Source: a bacterium (GTDB lineage Bacteria > UBA10199 > JADFYH01). Taken from it: 64,000 nt of DNA. Shown piece after piece: positions 51,469-60,928 of the stretch; position 1 is the first letter of the stretch, and each line of letters begins with the position of its first letter. The notes below the pieces were generated by a model. That model was not told the origin of the DNA. It made no database searches and saw only the letters and a program-made list of their open reading frames with translations. Both the position numbers and the translations under genes were made by a program. The stretch covers positions 93 through 64,092 of the forward strand of contig JAXMHI010000003.1 of NCBI GenBank assembly GCA_046346885.1, given 5' to 3'.

Positions 51469-52962
51469 TTAAGGTATTAAGAGAGGTTCCGAGAAAATTA
51501 GAGCCCGAACGAAGAGTTGAGATTTCATCGCGCAGTCGATATCTTCATTCGACAATTCCATGGCGCCGTCGGGACCGATTTTCTGAAGGGCTAGTTGGCA
51601 TCGCGAACGGTCCGAGTCTTCTTTGCCCAAGTTCAAAAATTCAAGTTCGGGATCGTGGAGAAGAAAAACAAAGAGCCCTTTTTTAATCGAGAGATTGGGG
51701 AAGGAAATGTTTTTTTCCGAACGAGGGTCGGAGGCGGGGTCGAGGGGGAATTCCCAAACCTTTGCGGGGCCGAATCCCCTGTCTTTGAGGGCGCCGGCGG
51801 GAAGCGACAATAAAGAGTTCATCGCGCTATAGAGATGGTCTTGCCGTGAAAGGCTTCTTGCCTCCAATGCCGGCGCTTTCTCGAAATAGACGACGCGCAT
51901 TTTAAGAATTTTTCCCGCTTCCACGGGTCGGTATTCGTCGACCTCTTTTTGCTCGTTCCAAAAAACTTTCTTGAGCAAGGCCTCCGAAAATTTCGCATTG
52001 GAAGGGTTGAAGGGCAAGACCACGTCGCCGTCCTTGAATGCGCCGTCTCCGACGAAACTAACGAGATAGGGGATTCGGTCCGATCCCGCCTTTCCCACAT
52101 CGGGAATGGAACCTAGAATGCCGCCTTGCCCGTTATGGGCCACTTCTCCGGGGCCGACCTCTTTTTTCATCATCCGGACGCTGCTGGTCCCTCCGCCGGC
52201 ACCTCCGACGTTGGAGGAGACCCCGCCGCCTGCGCCGGGCGAGACCGTCGCGTTGGAACCGCCGCTCGGCGTTCCGCTTGCGCCTTTGTCTTTTCCGCCT
52301 TGCGCGTTCGTCGCGTTTTCTTTTCCGGAATCCGGTTGAACCTTTAGAGACACCGAAACTCCCGAGTTCACGACGGGAGAAACGGCCGGAATTCCCGAGG
52401 ATTTGTTTAAAACTTGCACTTCCGCCTTCTGTGGATTGACGGGCGTGGGAGTCGCCGCGGAGTGGACGGGTGCCGTCGAAGGAGGTGAATTATTTTGGGA
52501 AGTCAGGAGGAGATTGGAGCCCTTTACCGGTTCTTGAGAAGTAAGGGGCGTTTCTCCCGCTCCTCCTATTTGCAAAGGAGGCGCCCCATTTTTAAGGGCG
52601 ATCACCTCGTTGTCGGCTGAAGGTTGAACATTATTTGTCTGATAACGGAGAGGGACCGTGGGAACCTTATATAAAACGGTGGGGGGTGGCCGATCCGAGC
52701 TGGAAGGGGTTGGCGCATCGAGGGGGGCGGAAGAATCCTCTTTTTTGATTTCTAATGGAGAGGCCTTCGTTTTCTTTTCTTCCAATAAAACCGTTTTAGA
52801 TTTTCGCGGAGTTTCCAACGAGGTTTTAATCGCTTGGGTCGCCGGAAGGGATTTGTTGGAAGGAGGGGTTTCCCCTTGAGAAGGGGACTTCTGCCCGCAA
52901 CCTACCACCAGGCAGGCGGCCAAAAGAGAAACCGAAAAAAAAGTGAAAAACCTTCGAAACAT
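51469..52962 (-). CDS. Lipoprotein with a long Pro/Ser/Gly-rich low-complexity region (497 aa)
   Basis: Internal ATG at 52962. MFRRFFTFFSVSLLAACLVVGC carries a lipobox. Confidence 0.7.
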   Translation of the reverse strand: MFRRFFTFFSVSLLAACLVVGCGQKSPSQGETPPSNKSLPATQAIKTSLETPRKSKTVLLEEKKTKASPLEIKKEDSSAPLDAPTPSSSDRPPPTVLYKVPTVPLRYQTNNVQPSADNEVIALKNGAPPLQIGGAGETPLTSQEPVKGSNLLLTSQNNSPPSTAPVHSAATPTPVNPQKAEVQVLNKSSGIPAVSPVVNSGVSVSLKVQPDSGKENATNAQGGKDKGASGTPSGGSNATVSPGAGGGVSSNVGGAGGGTSSVRMMKKEVGPGEVAHNGQGGILGSIPDVGKAGSDRIPYLVSFVGDGAFKDGDVVLPFNPSNAKFSEALLKKVFWNEQKEVDEYRPVEAGKILKMRVVYFEKAPALEARSLSRQDHLYSAMNSLLSLPAGALKDRGFGPAKVWEFPLDPASDPRSEKNISFPNLSIKKGLFVFLLHDPELEFLNLGKEDSDRSRCQLALQKIGPDGAMELSNEDIDCAMKSQLFVRALIFSEPLLIP

Positions 52963-53043
52963 GTCCCCCCTTTTTAACTTATTATACCGTGTTTCACCCA
53001 TCTCTATTATCCGTTTTTTGTCGCATCAAGTTTCGTTTTTTAA

Positions 53044-53080
53044 AGAAAAACTCAATCCCCCTCCCAGCACGGGAGGGGGA
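53044..53080 (-). terminator. Hairpin terminator after 53102..54901
   Basis: TCCCCCTCCC-loop-GGGAGGGGGA, with a T-rich tract downstream on the minus strand. Confidence 0.5.
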
Positions 53081-53101
53081 AGTCGCTGATGCGGGAGATC
53101 C

Positions 53102-54901
53102 CTATTCCACCTCAACCTTGGGATCGGGATCCTCGTGCCACACTTCTTGGCGTTCGGGGAGATTCGGAAAGTCCGCGCCCAGCACGTACTTCGTCTCCGA
53201 CCAAGCTTTCTTTGCGGAATTATTCACCTGGCTGGGTAAGGCCCCCTTGATCTTGATTTTCTTGGCATCCCCCGTGATGAAATAAGTGACCGTCTTTTTG
53301 GGGTCGCCGTTTTTCAAGACTTCCACCTTGTAACGCCCCTTTTCATCCTTTGTTACGTTCACCACGTCTCGAAAACTCGACGCAAAAATCGTAACTTCTC
53401 CGGAGGTGAAAATGTCGTGTTCCCGTACGGTGAGGGGGTCGTCGAAATAGGTGTGGAGGCTGACGTTCGTTGAATCCTGGCCGTTCGAGCCGTCATAGAT
53501 GGCCACGTCGTTTTCCAAGGCGTCCGGGATATTATCGTCCTTTGATTGAGGATTGACCGGCGCATCGGGACCTCCTGCTCCCTTACCGTTCGAATCTCCT
53601 ACGACATCCACCTTCGTGGCGCCCGGTTTCGAAGGATCGAGCTCATGGGAGGGATTCGATTTTTCCGGCGCCGGAACACCGGTAGGAGGCGTCGTCGAAG
53701 GTGCCGTCGATCCTGCTCCTGCGGGAGCGGAAGGAGAAGTGGCGGAGGTTCCGAAGACGGCTTTTTTAGCGACCGCATCGGGTGCACGCCCTTTCCCGGA
53801 AAGAGAAGGGGGGGTGCCTTTCGAAAGGTTGCCGAAATCGATTCGGCTTTTGTCGCCGGCGAAGTGGAGTTTTTTCACTAAGGCACCGTCGATGTCGATC
53901 GTTTCCTTTACCTTGTTGTTTTTGTAATCCTCGTCGTTCGCGTACACCTTCAACACATATTTCGAGGGAGGACCTTTCTCGTAATCCATCCGGAAATATT
54001 CGTCGTTCGACGTGGGGGTGATCGTCACCTCGCCGTTCGCCTTCACGCGGGTTTTTTTGCCGCTGCCGCTCGGAACGGGGGAGATGTCGAAATCTTTACC
54101 GTCATACACGCGGGTGTTTCCTTCCATTTTAGTGGGAGGATCTCCTTGCGGAGTTGTGGCGGATGTCTCGTCCGTCAAGTTTCCGAAATTCACTTTTTGG
54201 GAGAGAGGGCTTGAAGCGAGAGCCGTATCTGGGGTGAAGGGCTTTGAGTCTCCATCCGGCGTGAGAATCCGAATGTTGCTCGTCTCCTTGAAATCATGCT
54301 TTACGAATACGCGGCGACTGCCGTCGGGCAGGTTCACCGTGATTTTCAGCATCTTGGCGGGGGCGGGGAGAGAATCGTCCGCCAAAAGCTCCAACTGGCC
54401 GTTCGCATGAAAGGGAATGCGCAGGGTGAGATCGTCTTGAAAGAAATCTTTCTCGCGCGAATCGCCGTCGTGAAGTCGTACGGTCACGTCGGCGCCGTCG
54501 GTCCCGTCGTATTTTATCCGGGTGTTATCGCCCCAAATCACTTCTCCCGTTTGGTCCATCGGAGCATTTCCCATTCCGAGACCGCCCCCCATAAGACCTC
54601 CCAGGGGATCCCAAGAGGAAGAATCGTCGCCCATTTGCTGAAGATACTGATGGGCCGTGGCGAGATAAGAGTCGATCGTGGCCAAAGCTTGGGGGTCATT
54701 CAAGTGGGTCTGTCGGTAAGAGAGCAGCATCGCCTCGTAGCGGTGCATGTATTGGATGTACGCTTGGGTGGAGTCCCCCGAGCCGTACGAGGCATCGTAG
54801 CGGCCGTAAGAAGGTGCTGTGCCTGCGTATCCGGCGGTGTCGTAAGGATTCATTCCATAATCGGGAGCTGGATTCGAAACGGATGCTGAAACGGAACTCA
54901 T
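53102..54901 (-). CDS. Hypothetical 599-aa protein with no signal peptide and three apparent 85-aa beta-rich repeats
   Basis: AGGAGG RBS. The modules start IKYDGTDG, RVYDGKDF and AIYDGSNG. Each is followed by (A/S)xG(Q/E)(L/V)x(L/I) and a Lys-rich strand pair. Confidence 0.75.
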   Translation of the reverse strand: MSSVSASVSNPAPDYGMNPYDTAGYAGTAPSYGRYDASYGSGDSTQAYIQYMHRYEAMLLSYRQTHLNDPQALATIDSYLATAHQYLQQMGDDSSSWDPLGGLMGGGLGMGNAPMDQTGEVIWGDNTRIKYDGTDGADVTVRLHDGDSREKDFFQDDLTLRIPFHANGQLELLADDSLPAPAKMLKITVNLPDGSRRVFVKHDFKETSNIRILTPDGDSKPFTPDTALASSPLSQKVNFGNLTDETSATTPQGDPPTKMEGNTRVYDGKDFDISPVPSGSGKKTRVKANGEVTITPTSNDEYFRMDYEKGPPSKYVLKVYANDEDYKNNKVKETIDIDGALVKKLHFAGDKSRIDFGNLSKGTPPSLSGKGRAPDAVAKKAVFGTSATSPSAPAGAGSTAPSTTPPTGVPAPEKSNPSHELDPSKPGATKVDVVGDSNGKGAGGPDAPVNPQSKDDNIPDALENDVAIYDGSNGQDSTNVSLHTYFDDPLTVREHDIFTSGEVTIFASSFRDVVNVTKDEKGRYKVEVLKNGDPKKTVTYFITGDAKKIKIKGALPSQVNNSAKKAWSETKYVLGADFPNLPERQEVWHEDPDPKVEVE

Positions 54902-54940
54902 GATTTTATCCTCCTAAAATTTAGTTGATCCTTCGGGAGT

Positions 54941-54976
54941 CTTTAAAAACGTCCCGCGAAAATTCGCGGGACGTTT
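54941..54976 (-). terminator. Hairpin between 55002..56336 and 53102..54901 (terminator or attenuator)
   Basis: AAACGTCCCGCG-AATTTT-CGCGGGACGTTT followed by TTTAAAG on the minus strand. Confidence 0.55.
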
Positions 54977-55001
54977 CAGGGTAAGGGTGGGTTTAAGGTT
55001 T

Positions 55002-56336
55002 TTAAAAAAGATCCTTGATGTCTTTCCAAGCCTCTTTCGCCGCGTCTTTGGCGACGCTGATCATGGCGCCGTCTTGAGCTCCCTCATAGGCGCCGACGGG
55101 GCCGCCCAGGACGAAGCCGGTGACGGCGCCTTCCCAGCCGGCGTCAACGGCCGCGGATACGGTTTTTTTGAAAGTGCTTCGGTTGTCGTCATCTTCCGTC
55201 GGGTATTTGGCTTCGTTCATCCAGGAAGGTTTGTCGACTCCATGCGGAATCACCGCCTTGGGCAACTCCGTTTGCGGCCAGCCCGGCTCCTTGCTGAATT
55301 GGATTTGTCCCGTGGAGTTATTGACGACGTTGGAAGAGGATTGCCCCATCGTCACCACGCCCGGGTTGTTGTCGTCCGCCGTCGCCTTTGTGCCGTACAG
55401 GACCGTGAGAATTTTGGCCGTCTCTCCCGCCAACTGCGAACGGGCGTTCATTAGGGCCTTTCCGGCAGGGCCCTTGCCTTGGGTTTCGTCGTAGAGTTTT
55501 TTGAAGGAGGGACACACTTCCTTTTCCGGATCGTCGCTCTTTGCCTTGTCGTTGTATTTTTCACATTCGTCCTTGAGCTTGCCGGTCGCTTCGTCAAACT
55601 TCGCCGAGGCCGATTTCACTTCGTCCCTCATCTGCGTCAAGTTTTCGAAGGCGGGATCGTTTAAAAGCGCCGCCACTTGGGCATTGGGAGGTTGGGGGAG
55701 ATTCGCAGGGTCGAGATCGTATTTCTTGAAAAGGTCGACGATTTCTTCGTGAGAAAGGCCCGTCGTTTCTTCCATTTTTTTAACCGTCGAAGGTTTTGTG
55801 TTCGCGGCGTTTACTTTTTCTTGGAAGGTCTTGAATTGTTCCTGCACGTCCTTTCGGTTCGGATGGAGCTCCATCTGGTGAAGAAGCTTTCGCCCCTCCG
55901 ATTGAAAAGCCTCTTTCTCTTCTTCGTCCAAGTTTTTCATGCCTTCGATCTCTGAGATAAACTGTTCGGCGCTGTCTTGAAAAACACCGTCACGCTCCCC
56001 GCTTTCCAGGCTCTCCGCTTGGAGCGCATAAATTTTCCCCGCCAAGGCTTGGGGTAGAGGACCTTTTTGGTGGCCGATCTCCGCCAGAAGTTTCGGGACT
56101 TCGCGATTTTGAGGGGCTGAAGATTGAAGATCCTTCAATAAACTTCTTGCGTCTTCGTAGGTGAGAGGTACGGTGCCTCCGATTTTTTTCGAATCGCCTT
56201 GCGAATATCGGTCTTGCGAATCTCCGTCCTCAATATCGTTCAAGAAGTCTCCGTCTAACTCCCCAATATCCTCCATTTCCCAGTCGTCGTTTTGGGGTTG
56301 TGATCGGTATTGATTTCCATTCACGGCATTCGTCAT
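55002..56336 (-). CDS. Hypothetical acidic 444-aa protein, no signal peptide, Gly-zipper-like C-terminus
   Basis: Internal ATG at 56336 with a GGAGAGG RBS. The N-terminus is Asp/Glu-rich. The C-terminus is AVDAGWEGAVTGFVLGGPVGAYEGAQDGAM. Confidence 0.75.
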   Translation of the reverse strand: MTNAVNGNQYRSQPQNDDWEMEDIGELDGDFLNDIEDGDSQDRYSQGDSKKIGGTVPLTYEDARSLLKDLQSSAPQNREVPKLLAEIGHQKGPLPQALAGKIYALQAESLESGERDGVFQDSAEQFISEIEGMKNLDEEEKEAFQSEGRKLLHQMELHPNRKDVQEQFKTFQEKVNAANTKPSTVKKMEETTGLSHEEIVDLFKKYDLDPANLPQPPNAQVAALLNDPAFENLTQMRDEVKSASAKFDEATGKLKDECEKYNDKAKSDDPEKEVCPSFKKLYDETQGKGPAGKALMNARSQLAGETAKILTVLYGTKATADDNNPGVVTMGQSSSNVVNNSTGQIQFSKEPGWPQTELPKAVIPHGVDKPSWMNEAKYPTEDDDNRSTFKKTVSAAVDAGWEGAVTGFVLGGPVGAYEGAQDGAMISVAKDAAKEAWKDIKDLF

Positions 56337-56390
56337 ATTCCTCTCCTTTTTTAAACATCGGCCCACTAGCGGGCTTTCGAGAGAAATAAA

Positions 56391-56406
56391 AGCAAGCGGA
56401 ATGCCA
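56391..56406 (-). promoter_or_regulatory. sigma54 (-24/-12) promoter for 55002..56336 (and possibly 53102..54901)
   Basis: The minus strand reads TGGCATtccgcTTGCT with exact consensus spacing, about 55 nt upstream of the ATG at 56336. Confidence 0.7.
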
Positions 56407-56501
56407 TTATTTAATTATTTGAAATTATTATATTTTTTAAATTTTAGAAAAAAAAGAGGAAATGGTGAATTGAGTACAATGGGAAGTTATTTGATCTGAT
56501 A

Positions 56502-56517
56502 ATTCACATTTTGTGAT
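56502..56517. promoter_or_regulatory. Candidate UAS palindrome ATTCACATTTTGTGAT
   Basis: TCACA-N3-TGTGA centred about 105 nt upstream of the sigma54 -24 element at 56391..56406. It overlaps the last codons of the PHP gene. Confidence 0.45.
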
Positions 56518-57358
56518 TTTGTCGATGGGCAGCGTTTCGAAGCTTTTCCAAGGCTTCTACCGGCATCGGCAAGCTGCCTAAGGCCGAATTTTTTTCTCCC
56601 TTCAGCCCGTGAAAGTCCGATCCGCCCGTTACGAGGAGGCCGTTTTCTTTAGCCCAATAGGCGAAGGCTTGCATTTGGGATTTTTTGTGGTTGGGGTGGT
56701 AAGCCTCGATGGCGGGTAATCCCTCGTTCTTGAGAAGATCCGGAATCGATTTGTTGCGCAGTAAGCCGGGATGGGCGAGAGAAGCAATGCCGCCGCAATT
56801 TTTAATTTTTTGAAGGACGGAAGAAGCCTCCGGAAAGGCACGCGGCACGTAACCGGAGTTGCCGGGCGAAAGGTAAAGGCGGAACGCCTCCTTCATGTTA
56901 GGCGCGTAGCCTAAGCGAACCAATGCCTGGGCCACGTGGGGACGGCCCGGCGTACGGGTGTCGATTAAAGTCGCTTCCACGTCCTTTTTTTCGATCAACA
57001 CGCCGTGCTCGTTCAGCCGGGCGATCATCGCATCGAGGCGCGTCAATCGGTCTCTCCTTTGTTCTTCGAGAAAATTTAAAAATTCGGCGTTACGCCAATC
57101 GATGAAATAGGCGAGCAGGTGAACTTCTTCTTCCCCCCATCGGGAGGAGATCTCGATGCCGGGGATCCATTCAATGCCCGCTTCTTCGCAGAAGAGTTGA
57201 ATTTGCGGAAGACCTTCCACGGTGTCGTGGTCGGTGACGCTTAAGACGTCGACTTTTCTTTTTTTCGCCAAAGAAACCAATTTTTCAGGGGACAGGCGCC
57301 CGTCGGAGAAGCTCGTGTGGCTATGAAGGTCGATTTTCACAAGGCTTCGGTTCTCCAA
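56504..57358 (-). CDS. PHP-domain metal-dependent phosphoesterase (TrpH/YciV-like)
   Basis: IDLHSHTSFSDG, VLSVTDHDT and GGSDFHG motifs. Confidence 0.85.
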   Translation of the reverse strand: MENRSLVKIDLHSHTSFSDGRLSPEKLVSLAKKRKVDVLSVTDHDTVEGLPQIQLFCEEAGIEWIPGIEISSRWGEEEVHLLAYFIDWRNAEFLNFLEEQRRDRLTRLDAMIARLNEHGVLIEKKDVEATLIDTRTPGRPHVAQALVRLGYAPNMKEAFRLYLSPGNSGYVPRAFPEASSVLQKIKNCGGIASLAHPGLLRNKSIPDLLKNEGLPAIEAYHPNHKKSQMQAFAYWAKENGLLVTGGSDFHGLKGEKNSALGSLPMPVEALEKLRNAAHRQNHKM

Positions 57359-59319
57359 TTAATTTTATTGCCTTGCCAGAAGAAAACAAGCCGTTGCCCA
57401 CGGCGCCGGGTCTGCGGATCCGTCGCGTTCGGCATTTCAATGATGATGTTCTTTCCTTGGGGCAGGGGGTGCCGCGAACTTTGAAGCCACTTGGCATAAT
57501 TTTCGGGGTGGAGATGGGAGCCCGTGTAAATGACGGGGTTCCATTGGTTGTTTTCCAGTCTTTTCTGCATGTGTTCGAAGACTTGTATGACGGTGGAAGC
57601 GGGAGCAACCTCTTCTTGTGCGGGCGACGGAGGAGGGACGGGTGGCCGTGCTCCAGGGCCGGCATCTGGGGCCGGTGTTCGAATTTCTATTTTCGCTCGA
57701 TTCACTTGAATGGTGGATCGGTCAGCTTGCGTCCTTTCGAAGAGAAAGGCGGTGTTGGGTCCGATCAGCGCGACACAAAGGACGACGTTTGCTGGAATGC
57801 TGTTATTTTGCAAAAAACGGGTCACATCGATGCGGATTTGAACAATTTGTTGATTCTCCAAGTTGGAACCGGAAGAGGCATGGGCCACTACCACCGGAGA
57901 GCCAGGATTTTCCCGAAGGTGTTCCTCAAAAGCCCGAAGAATGACTTGGGTTGCGGTCGACGAGGTACTGATGACGGCCTTAAGCTGGGTATGGGGAGGC
58001 ACTCCTTCGATTTGTGCGGTGGTGCCGTCTTTCAGCTCGACGGAAAAGACGGGAGTTCCGGGTTGTGACGGGCCTTGAATCGTGGAGAGCGATTGCCGGG
58101 TTTTAGCCAACCAAGCGGCGCTCGTGTCGGCATCGAGTCCGGTGCTTTCGAAAGGGATGATGGTCATGCCTATTTCTGATCTTCGCGGAGAGAGAGCATA
58201 GGCTGTTTTACGGGCTCTGAAAGCGAGACCAATCACGGTTCCTTCAGGAAGGCGGCCGCTTTTTTGTTGTTCAGCGAGCATTCTGCGAATCCCGTCGGTG
58301 AGTGACTGTCTTTCCGCCGCATTACAATTCTCCATCTTGAAATGGATCAGCATGGGGCGTTGGGAGCGGCTCTTTAAACCTTGTTCGACCCGTGCGTGCA
58401 GGCTCTGGATAGCCTCTTGCGAGTCCTCCTCCAACGTAAGGATTTCCGCGTTTCTGAAGATGTCTTGATAGTAGCGGGATCCCCCCCCGGCGGGGTTTTC
58501 AGAGGACATGGCCACTATGAAAGGCTTTTGCGGTTCTAAGGTGTCGTGGGGAAGAAAAGGGATCGCCTCCGTATCCGGGCGGGACGACGCGCCTGCGAAA
58601 GCCCTTTCCGGTCCGGTGAATTCGGAGAGAGCAAAAGAGTGAGGGGGAACTCCGAAAGGTTGGCGACCGTGAGTTTGTAGGGAGAGATCGAGGTTTCGTT
58701 CTAAGAGTTCCATTGTCGGGGCCGCGGTTCCGACCAATCCCATTCCCGCCGCCAGTTGTAGGTTCGTCACTTCCGCGTGAAGCAGTTGTTCCGCGAGGCT
58801 CCCCTCCGGAGCCGGCGTCCATCCGAGCTGCCCCGTCGCTTGATGGCCGGCGACCATCGCCGCATCTTGAAACGCGTGTCGCACCAGCACGTTTTGGCCG
58901 GCCGCGAAGGCTCCGCCCATTTTCAGAAGGCCGAATTGGACGAACGAGGTGCGCCAACGCTCCCAGTAGGAACGCCCGGCCCGCGACTGTTCGGGCGACA
59001 ATAAATCGTTCACCCCTTGAAAGGCCGTCACTTCGGAGGCCAGTCCGATTCCATAAGAAGCGACCTGGAGCAGGGGCGCCGCTTGTTGAGCCCTCGACGC
59101 CAAAGCCAAGACGCCCAGGCGCCCGAAGCGGTAGAAGAGAGAACCGGTCGCCATGGCGGCCAACGTTCGAAAGTTGCCCGCCTCCTCCGTAAAGCTCGAA
59201 ACCGCCGAATCCACTTGTCTTTGAAATGCAGACAAAGGTTCGCTTTGGGACAGTTCGAAATTGGAGAATCGATGAAGAACGCTCGAAGACAAATCGGAGT
59301 TCATGGAATTAAAATACAT
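57337..59319 (-). CDS. Family copy P4: N-terminal module plus an unrecognised 440-aa C-terminal region (660 aa)
   Basis: FRTLAAMATGSLFYRFGRLG, WERWRTSFVQFGLLKMGG, GQNVLVRHAFQDAAMVAG and PEGSLAEQLLHAEVTNLQL. The 3' end overlaps the PHP gene start by 22 nt. Confidence 0.85.
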   Translation of the reverse strand: MYFNSMNSDLSSSVLHRFSNFELSQSEPLSAFQRQVDSAVSSFTEEAGNFRTLAAMATGSLFYRFGRLGVLALASRAQQAAPLLQVASYGIGLASEVTAFQGVNDLLSPEQSRAGRSYWERWRTSFVQFGLLKMGGAFAAGQNVLVRHAFQDAAMVAGHQATGQLGWTPAPEGSLAEQLLHAEVTNLQLAAGMGLVGTAAPTMELLERNLDLSLQTHGRQPFGVPPHSFALSEFTGPERAFAGASSRPDTEAIPFLPHDTLEPQKPFIVAMSSENPAGGGSRYYQDIFRNAEILTLEEDSQEAIQSLHARVEQGLKSRSQRPMLIHFKMENCNAAERQSLTDGIRRMLAEQQKSGRLPEGTVIGLAFRARKTAYALSPRRSEIGMTIIPFESTGLDADTSAAWLAKTRQSLSTIQGPSQPGTPVFSVELKDGTTAQIEGVPPHTQLKAVISTSSTATQVILRAFEEHLRENPGSPVVVAHASSGSNLENQQIVQIRIDVTRFLQNNSIPANVVLCVALIGPNTAFLFERTQADRSTIQVNRAKIEIRTPAPDAGPGARPPVPPPSPAQEEVAPASTVIQVFEHMQKRLENNQWNPVIYTGSHLHPENYAKWLQSSRHPLPQGKNIIIEMPNATDPQTRRRGQRLVFFWQGNKINWRTEAL

Positions 59320-59440
59320 AATTCACCGTTATCCGTGTGCCTTGCTTTTTAAGTTGGAAAAAGATTGAGGTAAGGCTCGGTCGTCCGAAAGCGAAGTTGC
59401 GGATTATTTTTACGGCGAAACCGAGAGCTTTTTTCGTTCC

Positions 59441-60928
59441 CTAGACTCCGGTCAGTAAACGACAGAGGGTTCTTACCATAATCCCCGTTCCCCCCTTGGG
59501 GGCATAGGCCCAGGGTTTATTGGCCCAACTGGGGCCGGCGATATCGATGTGGGCCCAGGGGATGTCGTCGACGAATTCCTGCAGGAAAAGGCCGCCGTTG
59601 ATGGTGCCGCCGTACGGGCCTCCGATGTTCTGGATGTCGGCGACGCTGCTTTTCATCTCTTCTTTATAATCCTCCACCAAAGGAAGTTCCCAAAGGTTCT
59701 CGCCCGCCTTTTTGCCCGTATCGATCATTTTTTGGATGAGCTCGGGATTGTTTCCCAAGATGGCGGAATAAAGATCGCCCAAAGCCACCAAACAGGCGCC
59801 GGTTAAGGTGGCGAGGTTGATCATCCAGTCGGGCTTTTGTTTGGCCGCGTAGGCCAGGGCATCGGCCAGAATGAGGCGGCCTTCGGCGTCGGTGTTGAGC
59901 ACTTCCACCGTTTTTCCGTTGTGCATCTTCAACACGTCGCCCGGGCGCATGGCGCCGCCGCCCGGCATATTTTCCGCGGAAGGGATGTAGGCGCGCACCT
60001 CCACCTTCGGCTTCAAGGCTTTCAGGGTTTTCATCACGCCGAGCAGCGTCGCCGCGGCGCTCATGTCGTCCTTCATCGTCTCCATGCTCTTGGCGGGCTT
60101 GAGCGACAAGCCGCCGGAATCGAAGGTGACTCCCTTGCCCACCAGCGCGATCCTTTTCTTCGGTTTGCCGGAAGGCCGGTACACCATCTCGATCAGCACT
60201 GGGGGAAAACGGGAACCCTTGCCCACTCCCAAAATGCCTCCCATGCCCATCCGTTTTAGGTCGGAGATTTTGAAGACGCGTGTGCGGATTCCGGGGATTT
60301 TTTGCGCCTCGCGGGCCAAGAACTCGGGCGGCTTGTCGGCCGCCGGTGTGTTGATGAGGTCCCGCGTATAGTTGGTGGCTTGGGAAACGATTTGGCCGAC
60401 GGAGATCCCCTTGGTGAGGGCGGCTTTTTCGGAGGAAGAAGCGGTGGTGAGAAGAACCTGGCTTAAGGTGGCGCCGTTTTCCTTTTTCGATTTGTAACGG
60501 GTGAAACGATAAGTGCCGAGTACGAAGCCTTCGGTCAGCGCCTGGGCGATCTCTTCCGGAGAACTTAAGTCCTTGCAGGTTTCCGGAGCGTTGAACACCA
60601 CCTTTTTCGCCTTAAGACCTTCCGCCGCCTGGGCCAATTTGCCGGCCGCTTTTCTTAAAAATTCCAAATTGAATTTTTTGGATTCGCCCAGACCGACGAT
60701 GAATACGTAAGGCGCCTTGATTTTATGGTGGGTGTGGAAAACCTTGATCTCGCCCGCTTTGCCTTTAAACTCCTCCTTCTTCAAGGTTTGCGAGACGATG
60801 CCGGCGAGGAGTTTGTCGAGGCGGTCTAAGCTCGAGTTTTTCTCGATTTTACCGTTTAAAAGGCCTAAGGCCAAAATGTCGGAGGGGATTTTTTCGGGTT
60901 TATCGGAGGTGCAGGTGATTTGAAGCAT
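59441..60928 (-). CDS. pepA: Leucyl aminopeptidase (M17)
   Basis: 495 aa. VGKGVTFDSGG and NTDAEGRLILADAL motifs. Confidence 0.93.
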   Translation of the reverse strand: MLQITCTSDKPEKIPSDILALGLLNGKIEKNSSLDRLDKLLAGIVSQTLKKEEFKGKAGEIKVFHTHHKIKAPYVFIVGLGESKKFNLEFLRKAAGKLAQAAEGLKAKKVVFNAPETCKDLSSPEEIAQALTEGFVLGTYRFTRYKSKKENGATLSQVLLTTASSSEKAALTKGISVGQIVSQATNYTRDLINTPAADKPPEFLAREAQKIPGIRTRVFKISDLKRMGMGGILGVGKGSRFPPVLIEMVYRPSGKPKKRIALVGKGVTFDSGGLSLKPAKSMETMKDDMSAAATLLGVMKTLKALKPKVEVRAYIPSAENMPGGGAMRPGDVLKMHNGKTVEVLNTDAEGRLILADALAYAAKQKPDWMINLATLTGACLVALGDLYSAILGNNPELIQKMIDTGKKAGENLWELPLVEDYKEEMKSSVADIQNIGGPYGGTINGGLFLQEFVDDIPWAHIDIAGPSWANKPWAYAPKGGTGIMVRTLCRLLTGV

